Positions 1 to 11,166 of a DNA stretch of 60,000 nt are shown here, in pieces; positions within the stretch are counted from its first letter, which is position 1; each line of letters starts with the position of its first letter. The notes below the pieces were generated by a model. The model had not been told where the DNA came from and made no database searches. It worked only from the letters and a program-made list of their open reading frames with translations. The stretch comes from Botryllus schlosseri. Taxonomy: Eukaryota. A program made the translations under genes and the position numbers. The stretch spans positions 13,518,001 to 13,578,000 of the forward strand of contig CM119372.1 in assembly GCA_051294905.1 (NCBI GenBank), given 5' to 3'.

Positions 1-261
1 TATTATTGATAAAATTATTCCGATTTAAATATCATAAAAATAAATAATTCTTCGAACCGATAGCAGACGATACAAAAAAAAATATTAGGATCTTGGTTGC
101 TTTCACACCCTATTTAGCGTCCCCTTGCAACGTATTAATTTTATTTATTACACGAGCTTTCGGAGCTCCGCTCCTTCTTCAGGTGTTAAAGGTGTTAAAA
201 ATTAATGATATTCGATCGCTGTCGCGTTACAATTGCATTTCGATTATCGTAACTTCCACTA
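1..261. mobile_element. Possible right end of a hAT-like MITE starting before the window
   Basis: Ends in ...CGATTATCGTAACTTCCACTA, resembling the TAG-type termini of other MITEs here. Left end and TSD not visible. Confidence 0.25.
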
Positions 262-894
262 AGTATAACCAATGTAGTTCTAAAATCGTAGACTCTGAGA
301 ATGTAGAAGTTACATCAATATTTTTATCAATTTGTTAATTTTCTGCGCTTCGGGAGGATGATCGTCACGCAATATCTATTTGACAGAATCATCATTGTAA
401 TTCAAAAATATGTAGCTTGTCTTGAAGCGACTTTACGATATGTAGGCTACGACACGCATTGTAACTTCAGGAAATCTGGTTATTTCTGATATAATGGACA
501 GCGGACACCTTGATATTGGCTAATGAAGCTAACGGATGTGACCCACAGATTGGCGGAGAAAATATAGACATTTGATTATCTGTCGCAAACTTATTGTAGT
601 TATGTAAAATTTATTTAAAGATATATCCCAATGCAGGTGTTTCCAACCGATGGGGATGCGACAGTGTGGGTTATGGTGGCTTATATCTACCATACGCATA
701 AGTTCGTCAACACCAGGAAGTTTATCTGACTCATGCAGTATATTCGGGGAGAGAGAGAGAGAGTCTTTATTTTCATCCAACCAAAATACATAACACACGG
801 CAGTGATGGTGGTACGGCATTTACATATGTAAATTGATGCTACCTTGGTACATTTAGAAAAATTACAAACCCTTCCTAGTTTTTGTGGGCTTAC

Positions 895-1019
895 CTCACA
901 TATCCATTTTAAGGAGGCGCAACATTCAGTGTACGCCTGTACGGTTACCAGTTCACTGCGCATTAATTTTATTGCGTGCTGTTCCATTCTGGCGGTCTTA
1001 ACTTTCACCAACAGCAAGT
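895..1019 (-). CDS. Candidate isolated coding exon of an unidentified gene
   Basis: Pyrimidine tract plus AG acceptor (gtctttctcttgtaaag), one open frame (LLLVKVKTARMEQHAIKLMRSELVTVQAYTECCASLKWICE) and a GAG|GTAAGC donor. No family recognised. Confidence 0.3.
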
Positions 1020-1080
1020 CTTTACAAGAGAAAGACTTATATCAAATTTTATTGAAGGAACAATTTTAAAGTGTATAAAG

Positions 1081-1400
1081 CATTAGTTCTCAACCTGGGG
1101 GGGCGCCCCCCTCCCCTTGGGGGACGTGAAAGCAACTGAAGGGGGTGCGATGAAGCGGTTAACGGAAAAAAATTTCGCGCTCTGCGTGATTTACCTCCAA
1201 TTCACGCATGTTTCTCTATTATATAGACCGAACATCATATTTTTTAATTCTCTCATCAACAGTCATAACCTTCCATGCCATCAAACAATCTGTTGTGGTT
1301 GCTAGCATCCCGGTTAGATTTTGTGATATGACGATAAGGGGGCGCGAAATTTTTCACTATCAGAAAGGGGGGCGTGTCCAAAAAAGGTTGCGAACCATTG
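1081..1400. mobile_element. hAT (Charlie/Buster-like) MITE
   Basis: Imperfect TIRs CATTAGTTCTCAACCT / AGGTTGCGAACCATTG. Perfect 8-bp TSD GTATAAAG at 1073-1080 and 1401-1408. Confidence 0.85.
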
Positions 1401-1744
1401 GTATAAAGGTTGGGAACCTATCTTATAATTTGACAATACCTTTGTTTTATGTAATTCCGTAGATTAGGTTATGCTAGCAGTGCGTTATCACACTAGATTT
1501 ACATGTCGTGAGATTCTGTTGTGATTTCCAAGAAATAATCCCGTGTGTATAGGCCTACGCCCTACATCATACGTTCCTACATCGCTGACGACATATGATA
1601 TAAAGAAACGGGGGATAGCATTGGTGCATCAGGACTGTTTAAATGAATAATTAATCTCATCCAAAATTATTAGAATATATACGCCGGAACATTTTCACAC
1701 ATCAAAAATAGAATATCACTTTAGAGGTTGGTCAAGTTTCGAAA

Positions 1745-1879
1745 GTATGGAAAAAGTATCAAATATGGTATGGAAGAATGTTGGTATGGTATGGAAAATT
1801 GTCAAGTATGGTATGGAACGATTGGGCAGGTATGGAGTATGGGAGATTCTCATTCCATTCCATACCATGCCATGCCCTG
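1745..1879. mobile_element. Terminal fragment of a (TATGG)n-rich MITE
   Basis: Run of GTATGG/TATGG units ending in CCATGCCATGCCCTG, a hAT-like CAGGG terminus on the minus strand. No partner end. Confidence 0.5.
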
Positions 1880-1972
1880 ATGAAAAGTAAAAAAAAGACA
1901 ATCAAGAGACTTTTTGGGGTACAGAACTTTAATATACATTTTAATAATATATTCATATTACAAATATATTAA

Positions 1973-2008
1973 AACCCGAAGCTTTTCGTGCCAACACTCT
2001 TCAGGGCT
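1973..2008 (-). ncRNA. Minimal type I hammerhead ribozyme motif
   Basis: Minus strand reads AGCC-CTGAAGA-GTG TTGG CAC-GAAA-AGCT-TC-GGGTT: intact core and 3-bp stem II, but stem I has a G-G mismatch. Confidence 0.65.
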
Positions 2009-2968
2009 AATCGTCGGCATAGAGAGAATTTCATAAACTTGCATATAACCATAACCATAATGTCCTATATGGTGTCGACACCAGACATGGGGTAATCGCG
2101 ATTAGTAATCGTAATCGATTACGACGATTACAGCATTTTCAAGTAATCGTAATCGCAATCGATTACATTCGAAAAAAATCCAAAGTAATCGTAATCGTAA
2201 TCGACTACTTCATATATCTAATCGATTTCTTTGTGAGAGATCGATTACTTTTTATTTGTACAATGAATATGACATAACCGAACATTCGTGAACAAGGAAG
2301 AGATATTATTACAGGTTGTTGATAGCGCAAGTGGCTGATTTACAAACGCCACTGCTCATTATTACGTCAGAAGTAGGCTATTAGCTTTGCTCGTCCTTGC
2401 GTAAGAAGTATCCACACGTAGTAAATATATATTCGATGTACATTGTTTTGTGATTGTTAGAACAGTGTGAGCCATGCCGTATATCAAGTTATCAATAAAC
2501 ACCAGACGCCACTATACCTCGCCGCAAGATCATAATCGAATCACCACTCTGCCTAGTTTCAAATAGTAACTCATGTATTGCTGTTTGGTTATGCTTAGTT
2601 AAACGCAATTTGACCGTTTCTGCTTGGCGAGCAGTAGGCCTATCTATGTAGTATACGTATGTATTTTGTACGCACACCGGACAAAGATTTGAAATTTTAT
2701 ACTCGTCAAATAAAACATTACGATGGTTAAAATCAACAGCTGCTGATATATATCATAACCGAGACGTTCTTTGCCATTTCTCGTAACGGCAGCTTGCAGT
2801 ATCTGTATTAAGTGGAAGGTAGAATTTTAAGTTCACTTTATTTTATTCTCATATGACTCTACTTGAAACGGGCGCCAATCGTTATTTCACAATTCTTCAC
2901 TCGACATTTATACCTGTCGCCATGGCCATCCAGTTATACACCATGTTAGCGTGGGTTGTAGGTACAAT

Positions 2969-4135
2969 CAGGACCAAAACAGCAATTCGTCCTCAACTCC
3001 AAACGTTGGTATTGCTAGGGTTGTAACCTAGTCACAATGTCAATCTCACTTTTATAGTTTTGACTCGAGTCAAGTCAAGTCAAGTCATTTTCAATTCATC
3101 CCCGAGTCAAGTCCGAGTCCAGGTCCGCTAGCATAGGGTTGAGTCCGAGTCATAGTGTTTGACTCGAGTCCGAGTCCAAGTCGTTATGTTCACAGATCAG
3201 TTTTCAGGTCAATCCGCTTTAACCCCCTTTTTCCAACTCTTCTTGAGTGATATAGAATGACTCGTATTCATAATATAGTAATCTTCATCAGTTATCACAG
3301 GTTACGGCCCTATTTCCAAGTATCAGAACTGATAGACGAAATACAAATAATGTGGTAACTTTACTATTCTTCGAAGTTACATGGAATGTCTGTCTTGGCC
3401 GTTCTAGTCTCGAGTCATGCAAAATGAATCGAGTACATGTCGAGTCAATACAAAAAATTTACGCATTTAAAAATATGACTTGAGTCAAGTCTAGTCACCG
3501 AAAAATTGCGACTCGAGTCATTACAACCCTGGGTATTGGGGCCTCATAGGGTGTAAGTTTTCAAGTTGATGACTTAATTTCGTCAATGATATTGGTAATT
3601 GCATTATATTGCTATTCATTCAGATTTACCCGTAGAGCTGGGGCACCTAATTCATAACTATAGCATCTGGTATGTTGTTATAATTACTTTATTGTATGTT
3701 GTTAATTCGTGAGCTCCCGTCTTTTATATAATAAAAAGATACTGTAGTCGCCCAAACGTAGCAGATTAAAAAAAAAACTTTCGTGAGACGCACACACAAA
3801 TTCTTATGTATTCCCTCCTCTGTGGGTGGCATTTGCATTGTTGGGGCTCAGATTTGAAGGACCGGACTATTCGTCACGCCCACAGAACGCGGCCACTGAC
3901 ACCGAAATGCCTATTCCTATAAATTATGCATGCTTTGATGGGGAGAAGTATGCATTTCAAAATCAAGCTATTTAGAGACATTAAATCACGAAGCTCGAAG
4001 AAAATTTTCAATTTAATAAACTCTCTTGAAAATACTCTATAATAATTTATGTTGATTTACGAAATACTTTTGAGTCCCCTTGGAGCTCGCTTCCGGTCCT
4101 ATTGGGGAGTTTGGGGTGTTGCAGTTACGGACCTG
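2969..4135 (+). mobile_element. CAGGACC-family element nested in the 2.4-kb element
   Basis: Ends CAGGACCAAAACAG...GTTACGGACCTG, homologous to 22648-23285 and 28986-29954. TSD not recognisable. Confidence 0.65.
3016..3531 (+). mobile_element. (C/T)AGGGTTGTAA hAT MITE with GAGTC repeats, third nesting level
   Basis: TIR TAGGGTTGTAA / TTACAACCCTG. TSD GGTATTGC/GGTATTGG (perfect CCAATACC in the 40377 copy). Free paralog at 9837-10338. Confidence 0.85.
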
Positions 4136-4942
4136 GCAAGAATGCAAATCGTTGGGTGCGACGAATAGTCCTGCATCGAGTTGGGCAATGGGTACATTAT
4201 GACAAAACAAGCAAATGACGTATGATATGTAAAGAAAGTTGTTATCTCATTAGACCTTTTCATCGCAAGCCACATATTGTCTTCCAATATGTCTTCTGAA
4301 ATTAGTGCTTCAAGAAGGAAAACAAATGTAATCGTGAGTAATCGTGATTACATTTGAAATGTAATCGTAATCGTAATCGACTACTTCCTGATTTTGCTGT
4401 AATCGTAATCGTAATCGTAATCGTGGGATTCACAAGTAATCGTAATCGCAATCGATTACATTCATGAAGTAATCACCCCATGTCTGGTCGACACAAGCAA
4501 ATCTCACGGCTCAGTGAAATTGTATCACGTCACAATTTCCATTTGGCTACAGGCAGTTTGACGGTCATTTTTGATCGGCTTGCCGAGCATTCAATTTGGT
4601 AAAACGGGTATCAATCGAAAGCTGACTCTGAACTGATTACGAAAATATAAATTTTATTCTGCTCGCGGCCCTGGAACCCCCACAATCAGCCTCGAATTTT
4701 TCATTGTTATGGAGATTGGCATTGGGACGCAACAATGCTGTCCGCTCTTTTTCACTTGAGCTACTCTCTCGTTTCGCCAGACAGCATTGTTGCGTCCCAA
4801 TGCCAATCTCCATAACAATGAAAAATTCGAGGCTGATTGTGGGGGTTCCAGGGCCGCGAGCGGAATAAAATTTATATGATATAACTACATTGCATACAGC
4901 CAATTGGGACGTCATAGAAACAAAACAACATCATGTGCAGAC

Positions 4943-4981
4943 AAACCCCTGAAGAGTGTTGGCTCGAAAAGCTTCGGGTTT
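4943..4981 (+). ncRNA. Minimal type I hammerhead ribozyme motif
   Basis: AAACCC-CTGAAGA-GTGTTGGCTC-GAAA-AGCT-TC-GGGTTT: 6-bp stem I, conserved core, palindromic AGCT in place of stem III. Confidence 0.75.
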
Positions 4982-5559
4982 TAATAGACACTTACGTGAC
5001 CTTTGACACGAACCAATCAGGTTGCTCCAGGATGTAAACAAACATCAAGCTCGGGCAAGCTTACTATGAGCTCTTATGGAAAAGGGTTGAAAAATGAAGG
5101 TTTTTAGCAAAATTACATTGAATTGGGGATGGCTGGACCTGATGAATAGTAATAGCGCAGAGCTAGTATGTAGATGCAGCGTTTTAATCTAGAATGAACA
5201 ATTTGAACATGAATAGTGGCAAGTACGCATCAGCATGGTGTGTCCAAATGCATGGAGTTTTGACAACTTTTAGGATTAAGCAACGATTGATGTATACTAT
5301 ACTATCGGATTGTGGTTATGCATACTTGACGATTTCATAGGCTCAGGGCACGAGTAAAATCTCCAAGCATAATATCTCCTGTTCAGAAATATATGTTAGA
5401 AAAATATAGCCGCTGCCACACAGTACAATTTTGGTATATATTGATTGAAAGCTATGGATATTCTATCGGATTTGAGTGGGACAGTATTTTCTTCTAACAC
5501 CGCGGAGAAAGCTACGTACACGACTTAGGGATAAAGATTGAGGAGACAATCCACTCTTA

Positions 5560-5800
5560 TTGTGGAAGCAATATTCTAGTGAACAGCCAATGTTATCGCA
5601 GAAAAAACTTGCAGAAAAGTGAGATACCACACCTGATGGAAATATCTCGGAAAATCTAATATTGATTCGTCTTGCACTTGTAAGACAGGGTAAGTAAGGA
5701 AAAAGGCATTTCTTCAGAGACTCATGCAATAGATATTGTAACCATGGTTTTATTTTCAGATTAGGTTCTGATATGCTCTCATGCATATGCAGTTATGCAA
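5560..5800 (+). pseudogene. Relic of the second ISL2EU ORF (SWIM-type zinc-finger region)
   Basis: Translates as NILVNSQCYRRKNLQKSEIPH...IDSSCTCKTG, then a GT-AG intron (~5690-5759), then ICSHAYAVM (CxC...CxH). Frameshifted. Confidence 0.55.
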
Positions 5801-6096
5801 GGATCAAGACAATCCAACACCTGAAGCTACAAGGGCTGAAAGGCATACATTGTGATTTGCGTCAGCATCAGTGAGCTCGATCGTGATTGCCAAGCCATCT
5901 CTTGACCGTACTCGCAACCCATCAACTCCTGCCTCTAGGTAGATTTTGGTGTGTCTGGTGTCTTCGATTTTATAACATTACACCAAACACAAATAATCCT
6001 ACAACATCTGTACCTGGAGAACTGTTTATTCAACAAATTGGGCATCTAAATGAGATTCAATGCACACCACACCACTGGAATATAGTATGTATAGAC

Positions 6097-7470
6097 CAGT
6101 GTTGGGATGACTCGAGTCAGACTCGAGTCACCTTTTTCGCATGACTTGACTTGACTCGAGTCACTTTGCCAAAATGACTTGACTTGACTTGACTCGGCGT
6201 ATCAGAAATGTGGATTGACTCGTGACTCGGAGCAAAATTCACGAGTCAATTTCAAGTCATCAAGTAGCCTAATCGGTGTCGATAAAAATCACTTTATCTT
6301 GGATATGTTCGGATTGTTCGCGAAACGCTTGTGTAACCCCTGTGACTGAGAGCGACCAATCATTCAATAAGCGTGCATTTCACCGAACCTCGATTGTTCT
6401 TTCACAAATAGATTGACTGCAAACGAAGTGATCGAAGCTTAAAGCTTACGTTGTCGTAACTCCAGTGGTAAAGTAATAGAATAGCAAAATGTCTGTTCTT
6501 AACCAAACCGATTGTTTTATTGAAATTGAAGTCGAATATAGTTTATATAGTCCTCAACCATGGGCACAGGCTCGAATGGTATCATATCTATTTGTAAATG
6601 GGTAACGTATTGCATCTTATCAATTCGTTTCCCTATTCTCTATTTTGGCTGGTAACTATAAACTGAGGCTATGCAATTACGTAGTTTCACAGTTCTACGT
6701 ATATGTGAGCGATAAAGCGCCTTCTTGCGTGTATATTTAACTCTATATTCGTTCATCGGTTCGAAATCAATGACCAATGACCACTCAAACTGTATTTCAG
6801 ACAGCTAGCAAATTGCAGTGACGTAATCATTCCTCATACATACATCGAAAAGGCAACTTGACTTGAAATGTGACTTGACTAGGGCTGGGCACAATGATTC
6901 GAGTACTCGAATCTGAATCAAGTATTAATTCTAATGATTCGAGTCGAGTAGTAAAAGGTGATGTTTTCGAGTACTGAAATTGTACGCTCCATGTCAACAA
7001 GGGTGAATTTATCAACGAAAATTATGATTCGATACCATTTTTCACTCTGGAAACCTTAAAACTTCGATTGGTCATGTACCAGCTTACGTAACACGTATTG
7101 CAAAGCTACAAATTACCTTTACATGGTGTGCGACAGGCTTTATATTATTTATGGTAGGATAAAAGTTCATATTTGAATTTTGTCATTTTCCATACCGATG
7201 TGACGTCATAATAAGTGATACTCGATTACTCGACTCGAAGCAAAATACTCGATTCAGAATCGAATCACTCAGGTACTCGATTTTGCCCAGCCCTAGACTT
7301 GACTCGTGACTTGACTTGACTTGACTCGACTTGACTCGAGTCACCTCCAAAAATCGAGTGACTTGACCTGACTCGAGTCACCTTTGAAAATCGATTGACT
7401 TGACTTGACTCGAGTCAAAATGTGCAATGACTCGAAATGACTCGAAGGTAGTGACTTGATCCCAACACTG
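6097..7470 (+). mobile_element. CAGTGTTGGGAT hAT MITE with GACTT/GAGTC repeats
   Basis: TIR CAGTGTTGGGAT / ATCCCAACACTG. Perfect TSD GTATAGAC. Confidence 0.92.
6880..7295 (+). mobile_element. TAGGGCTGGGC hAT MITE nested in 6097-7470
   Basis: TIR TAGGGCTGGGCA / TGCCCAGCCCTA. Perfect TSD GACTTGAC. Paralogs at 12769-13286 and ~19790-20021. Confidence 0.92.
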
Positions 7471-7809
7471 GTATAGACATGCACTGTTGGCGCACACTGA
7501 CCATGGCACCATGCAATTAGGATCTGTAGCATGCTATTAGTCATTACGATATTCACAATGGAACTGAATTTGCACAAATGCTGAATATGTTGCGTCATTC
7601 ATTTCTAATCTTGAATTAGAGTAAGCAATTAGTCCATATTCGGTTAGTTGATAGACAATGCTGCATATTATGACACCGGACAAAATTTCACACTCCTTGA
7701 TTCTTCCGATCAGTTGTTTAATATGAATATGATGTCTCGTCATCTTTCTTGTTGCGGAACAGTTTGGCCCCGACATTTGACGATGTGCCAAATCATGTGC
7801 AGGAATATA

Positions 7810-9710
7810 AAATCTAGATTTAATTTCTTGATTTCAGGCTCAATTGCGAATCCCTTTTCTGCCATGATAGCATCTCTTAGTGCACCATAGCTCCATGTGA
7901 ATAGTTCTCGCCAGTGTTGTGATCAAGTCACTACCTTCGAGTCACAAGTCATTTCGAGTCATTGCACATTTTGACTCGAGTCAAGTCGAGCCACGAGTCA
8001 AGTCACACACACCAATGAACGAATACAGAGTTATACACACAAGAAGGCGCTGTGTCGCTCACGTATACGTAGAACTGCTAAACTACGTGATTGCATAGCC
8101 TCAGTTTATAGTTAACATCCAAAATAGAGAATAGAGAAATGAATTGATAAGATGCAATACATTACCCATTTACAAATTGATATGATACAATTCGAGCCTT
8201 CGTCAATGGTTAAGGACTATATAAACTAGCCTATATTCCAATCAATTTCAATAAAACAAGACATTTGGTTACGGTAAAAATGTAGAACAGAAATAGACAT
8301 TTTGCTATTAAATTACTTTACTACGGTATACTAGTTTACGACAACGTAAGCTGTAAGATTCGTTTGCGATAAAAATATATTTGTGAGAGAACAATGAAGG
8401 CTCAGTAAAACGCTCGATCATTGAATGGTTGGTCACTCTCACGGGTTGGTTGGTCACTCTCACCAGCGTTTCGTGAACAGTCCGAACATACAGTGTGCAA
8501 GATACAGTGGTTTTTATTGACACCGATTACTTGAGGACTTGAAATTGACTCATGAATTTTGCTCCGAGTCACTAGTCAATCCACATTTCTGACATGCCGA
8601 GTCAAGTCAAGTCATTTTAGCAAAGTGTCATGACTCGAGTCATACCAACACTGGTTCTCGCACAAAAGTTAGTACACCACAATCCATCAATCCTTTCAAA
8701 GTTGTATGTGATTTATAGACAAAGATATTGTGAGCACGGCGGGGTTTGTCTTCATCAGTTCAGTACAGTCAATAATCATTCTAGATTTGAGAATTCGCGA
8801 ATGGATGCAAATACTGCATTTTTAAGAACCACATCTCTACATAGCCAAATCGAAATTTAATGAAGCAGTTACATACGATTCACCTAATGGTTTAATACTA
8901 TGCTTACTACAATAATAGGAATTTGACGTCAGTAGGATAAGTCGGGCAATTCAGAAAGAATTTAATGTAGTCCAGTATAAAATTTCATCAGCTTCTCCAC
9001 ATCTTTTGACACTATGGTGCTCTGAGAGCTGAACTTCACCAGCAATAATTGTCCGTCAATTTGTAATTTTCCTGGAAGAGTTTCCTGTTTTGTGCTTCTA
9101 TACTTCTTCCAGAAATTTGATTTTCTTGCGTTTTATCCCTCGACTTCCTCTTTCTGCAGCGTCATAAAGGATATCCATCAAGCCTGCATAAAATATATAA
9201 TATGTTTATTTTACAGAGCAACAACACTGCTGTACAGGCACCCATCAAGGCGTGCTCGTGCGACTCATGTCGACCCCTACCAATGTCATCAACTATCCAT
9301 CTTATCATTGAATATATTGCTTTCAACAATTTCAATCCATTTTACACCATCAAGCAACAACACTGGAGCGGAATAATATGAGACACACACCAAGTCGATT
9401 GTGGCATCAACAACGAAAGCGGTGTGACTGCATATCAGTTTGGACTCATTGTTCTATCTACTAAATTATGTGACGATTCAATATTTTTGGTACAATAATA
9501 CATACGTCATTTTATCAATAAAATGAGAATTCAGATGACTATAAGGAAGTCCACATGCCTTTATCCAGATTTTACTTTCTTCCATGCATGTTATTGGCTC
9601 TGGGAAAGGTAGAAGCGCACACCAGGAACGTTCTGGGTAGCAATCTCCAAGTTTCACCCGTAGGTAGGCTATTAGCAGTTTAGCAGCTGTGTTTATCCGG
9701 CATTTATCCT
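7810..9710 (-). pseudogene. ISL2EU THAP + DDE_Tnp_4-like transposase relic
   Basis: Minus-strand motifs: THAP-like LPFPEP...WIKACG (~9550-9630), KFYTGL (~8970-8985), RMIIDCTEL (~8757-8783), YKSHTTLKGL, GVLTFVRELF, DAIMAEKGFAIE (~7840-7875). Contains stops, frameshifts and a MITE insertion. Confidence 0.8.
7912..8653 (-). mobile_element. CAGTGTTG hAT MITE, inverted shorter paralog of 6097-7470
   Basis: TIR CAGTGTTG / CAACACTG. Perfect TSD GTTCTCGC. Interrupts the transposase relic. Confidence 0.92.
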
Positions 9711-9836
9711 GATGGATTCAATACATGAGCTAGAACAAAAAATGGCAATTTCAGCTGTGGTCGGATCATGTTGCCTAACACATATATTATAGTAACATGT
9801 TGATTATAGAATATGCAGACAAGTGTCCAGTGTAAC

Positions 9837-10338
9837 CAGGGTTGTAACCAAGTCACAAGTCAATCACACGTTTATAGTTTTGACTCGAGTCATTTCAATT
9901 CACCACCGAGTCAAGTCCAAGTCAGCGATCAGAGGGCCGAGTCCACCATGACTCGAGTCGAGTCCAAGTTATTGTGTCGACTGATCAGTTGCTAAATCTT
10001 GCTGAATCCACTTTTTATAACTCAGTTTGGTGATATCGAATGGTTCGCATTTATAATACTAATTTTCCTCATTTTTAGCAGTTTCTGGTCGCGTTTTCAA
10101 GTATCAGTACCAATAGACGAAATCCCAATAGTGTGGTTACTTTACTATTCTTCGAAATTACAATGAAATGTCGGTCTTGGCCGTCAGAGTCTCGAGTCAC
10201 GCACAATGACTCGAGTCCAAGTCAAGTCAATACACAGATTGATTCGAGTCGAGTCATTTCCGTATTTTAAGAAAATGAGTCGAGTCATCATAAAATCGTG
10301 ACTCGAGTCGAGTCATGACTCGAGTCATTACAACCCTG
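9837..10338 (+). mobile_element. CAGGGTTGTAA hAT MITE
   Basis: TIR CAGGGTTGTAA / TTACAACCCTG. Perfect TSD AGTGTAAC. Confidence 0.92.
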
Positions 10339-11166
10339 AGTGTAACAGTATAATTTGCTAGATAGTGATACAGACTGTTCCGTATATGATTCCCTAAATA
10401 GAACGCATATAACACCGAGCACACATAATGAATACCCCACCTATCCTGACTCAAGATTCCTCTAATACATGCTATTCGGTACGACAATCCTATAGTATTG
10501 TTTACGACTAATGATAACACCGCAATAGTTGTTTCATCCGAAAAGTTGTCAGAAATCCATTCATTTGGACATACCGTGCTGATGGTTGCTTGCCACCATT
10601 CAGGTTTATTCTAGGTTATAACACTGCAAATACGTACTAGCTCAACGTTATTACCATTCACCAAAGCCAGCTATCCCCAATTAAATGTCATTTTGCTAAA
10701 AACCTTCATTTTTCAACCCTTTTCCATAAGAGCTCATAGTAAGTTTGCCCGGGCTTGATGTTTGTTTACATCCTGCTGCAACCTGATTTGTTCGTGTCAA
10801 AGGTCACGTAAGTGTCTATTATATTTGTAATATTAATATATTATTAAAATGTATAAAAAAAGACAATACAAAAGCTACAAAATGAGGTGGCATGTGACGT
10901 TGTTCACGAGTACTTGGTAATCCATAAATTAGTTGTATGTTTTGTTTGTACATTATACGACTGTTATATTTAGTGAAGGTATAAGTTGTCATCCTGTATT
11001 TGAAAATACGAAGGGTAGGTCATGAACATTTTCCGCTTGGGAAAATTCATTCAAGTTTCTGCCCAGATGACAACAGTCAAATACTCAATTTTACTCTGCT
11101 GTTATCGGTTGTGAGCGTTGAAGTTTGTCGGGTAGCGAAGTGCTGCAGTAATATTTGCCTGGAGGC

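Larger units (their letters stand above)
2082..4486 (+). mobile_element. 2.4-kb composite non-autonomous hAT element, copy 1
   Basis: TIR CAGACATGGGGT, subterminal (GTAATC)n arrays, perfect TSD GTCGACAC. Paralogs at 32591 and 40377. Confidence 0.95.
2055..4877. mobile_element. Long-inverted-repeat (foldback) element, interrupted by the 2.4-kb hAT element and truncated on the right
   Basis: 2055-2081 plus 4487-4742 is homologous (inverted) to 18630-18870 and 31010-31210. Internal 98-bp hairpin arms at 4645-4742 and 4780-4877. Confidence 0.6.
4986..10817 (-). mobile_element. Decayed ISL2EU (PIF/Harbinger-related) DNA transposon
   Basis: ~150-bp TIRs (AGACACTTACGTGACC... / ...GGTCACGTAAGTGTCT), AT dinucleotide on both flanks, and convergent coding relics. 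Confidence 0.85.
1903..10854 (-). mobile_element. Penelope-like hammerhead hairpin element expanded by nested insertions
   Basis: Arms at 1903-2030 and ~4943-4985 plus 10818-10854 are inverted copies homologous to 12317-12523. Flanked by the direct repeat AAAAAAAGACAAT (1890-1902, 10855-10867). Confidence 0.6.

Noticed and set aside
1876..1886. Other CTGATGA occurrences (also ~5139 and ~41716) as hammerheads
   Set aside because: They lack the stem II-GAAA-UH-stem I arrangement.
2092..2250. (GTAATC)n and similar GAGTC/AAGTAG arrays as CRISPR-like repeats
   Set aside because: Units are 5-6 bp with no unique spacers, lie just inside TIRs, and there are no cas genes; the context is eukaryotic.
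2492..4287. Identical short ORFs (61 and 62 aa), repeated at 33001 and 34607, as genes
   Set aside because: They are chance ORFs inside the duplicated element and are not preserved in the third copy.
11155..11166. TTG start of the sulfotransferase ORF
   Set aside because: Eukaryotic gene; the first in-frame ATG is at 11167.
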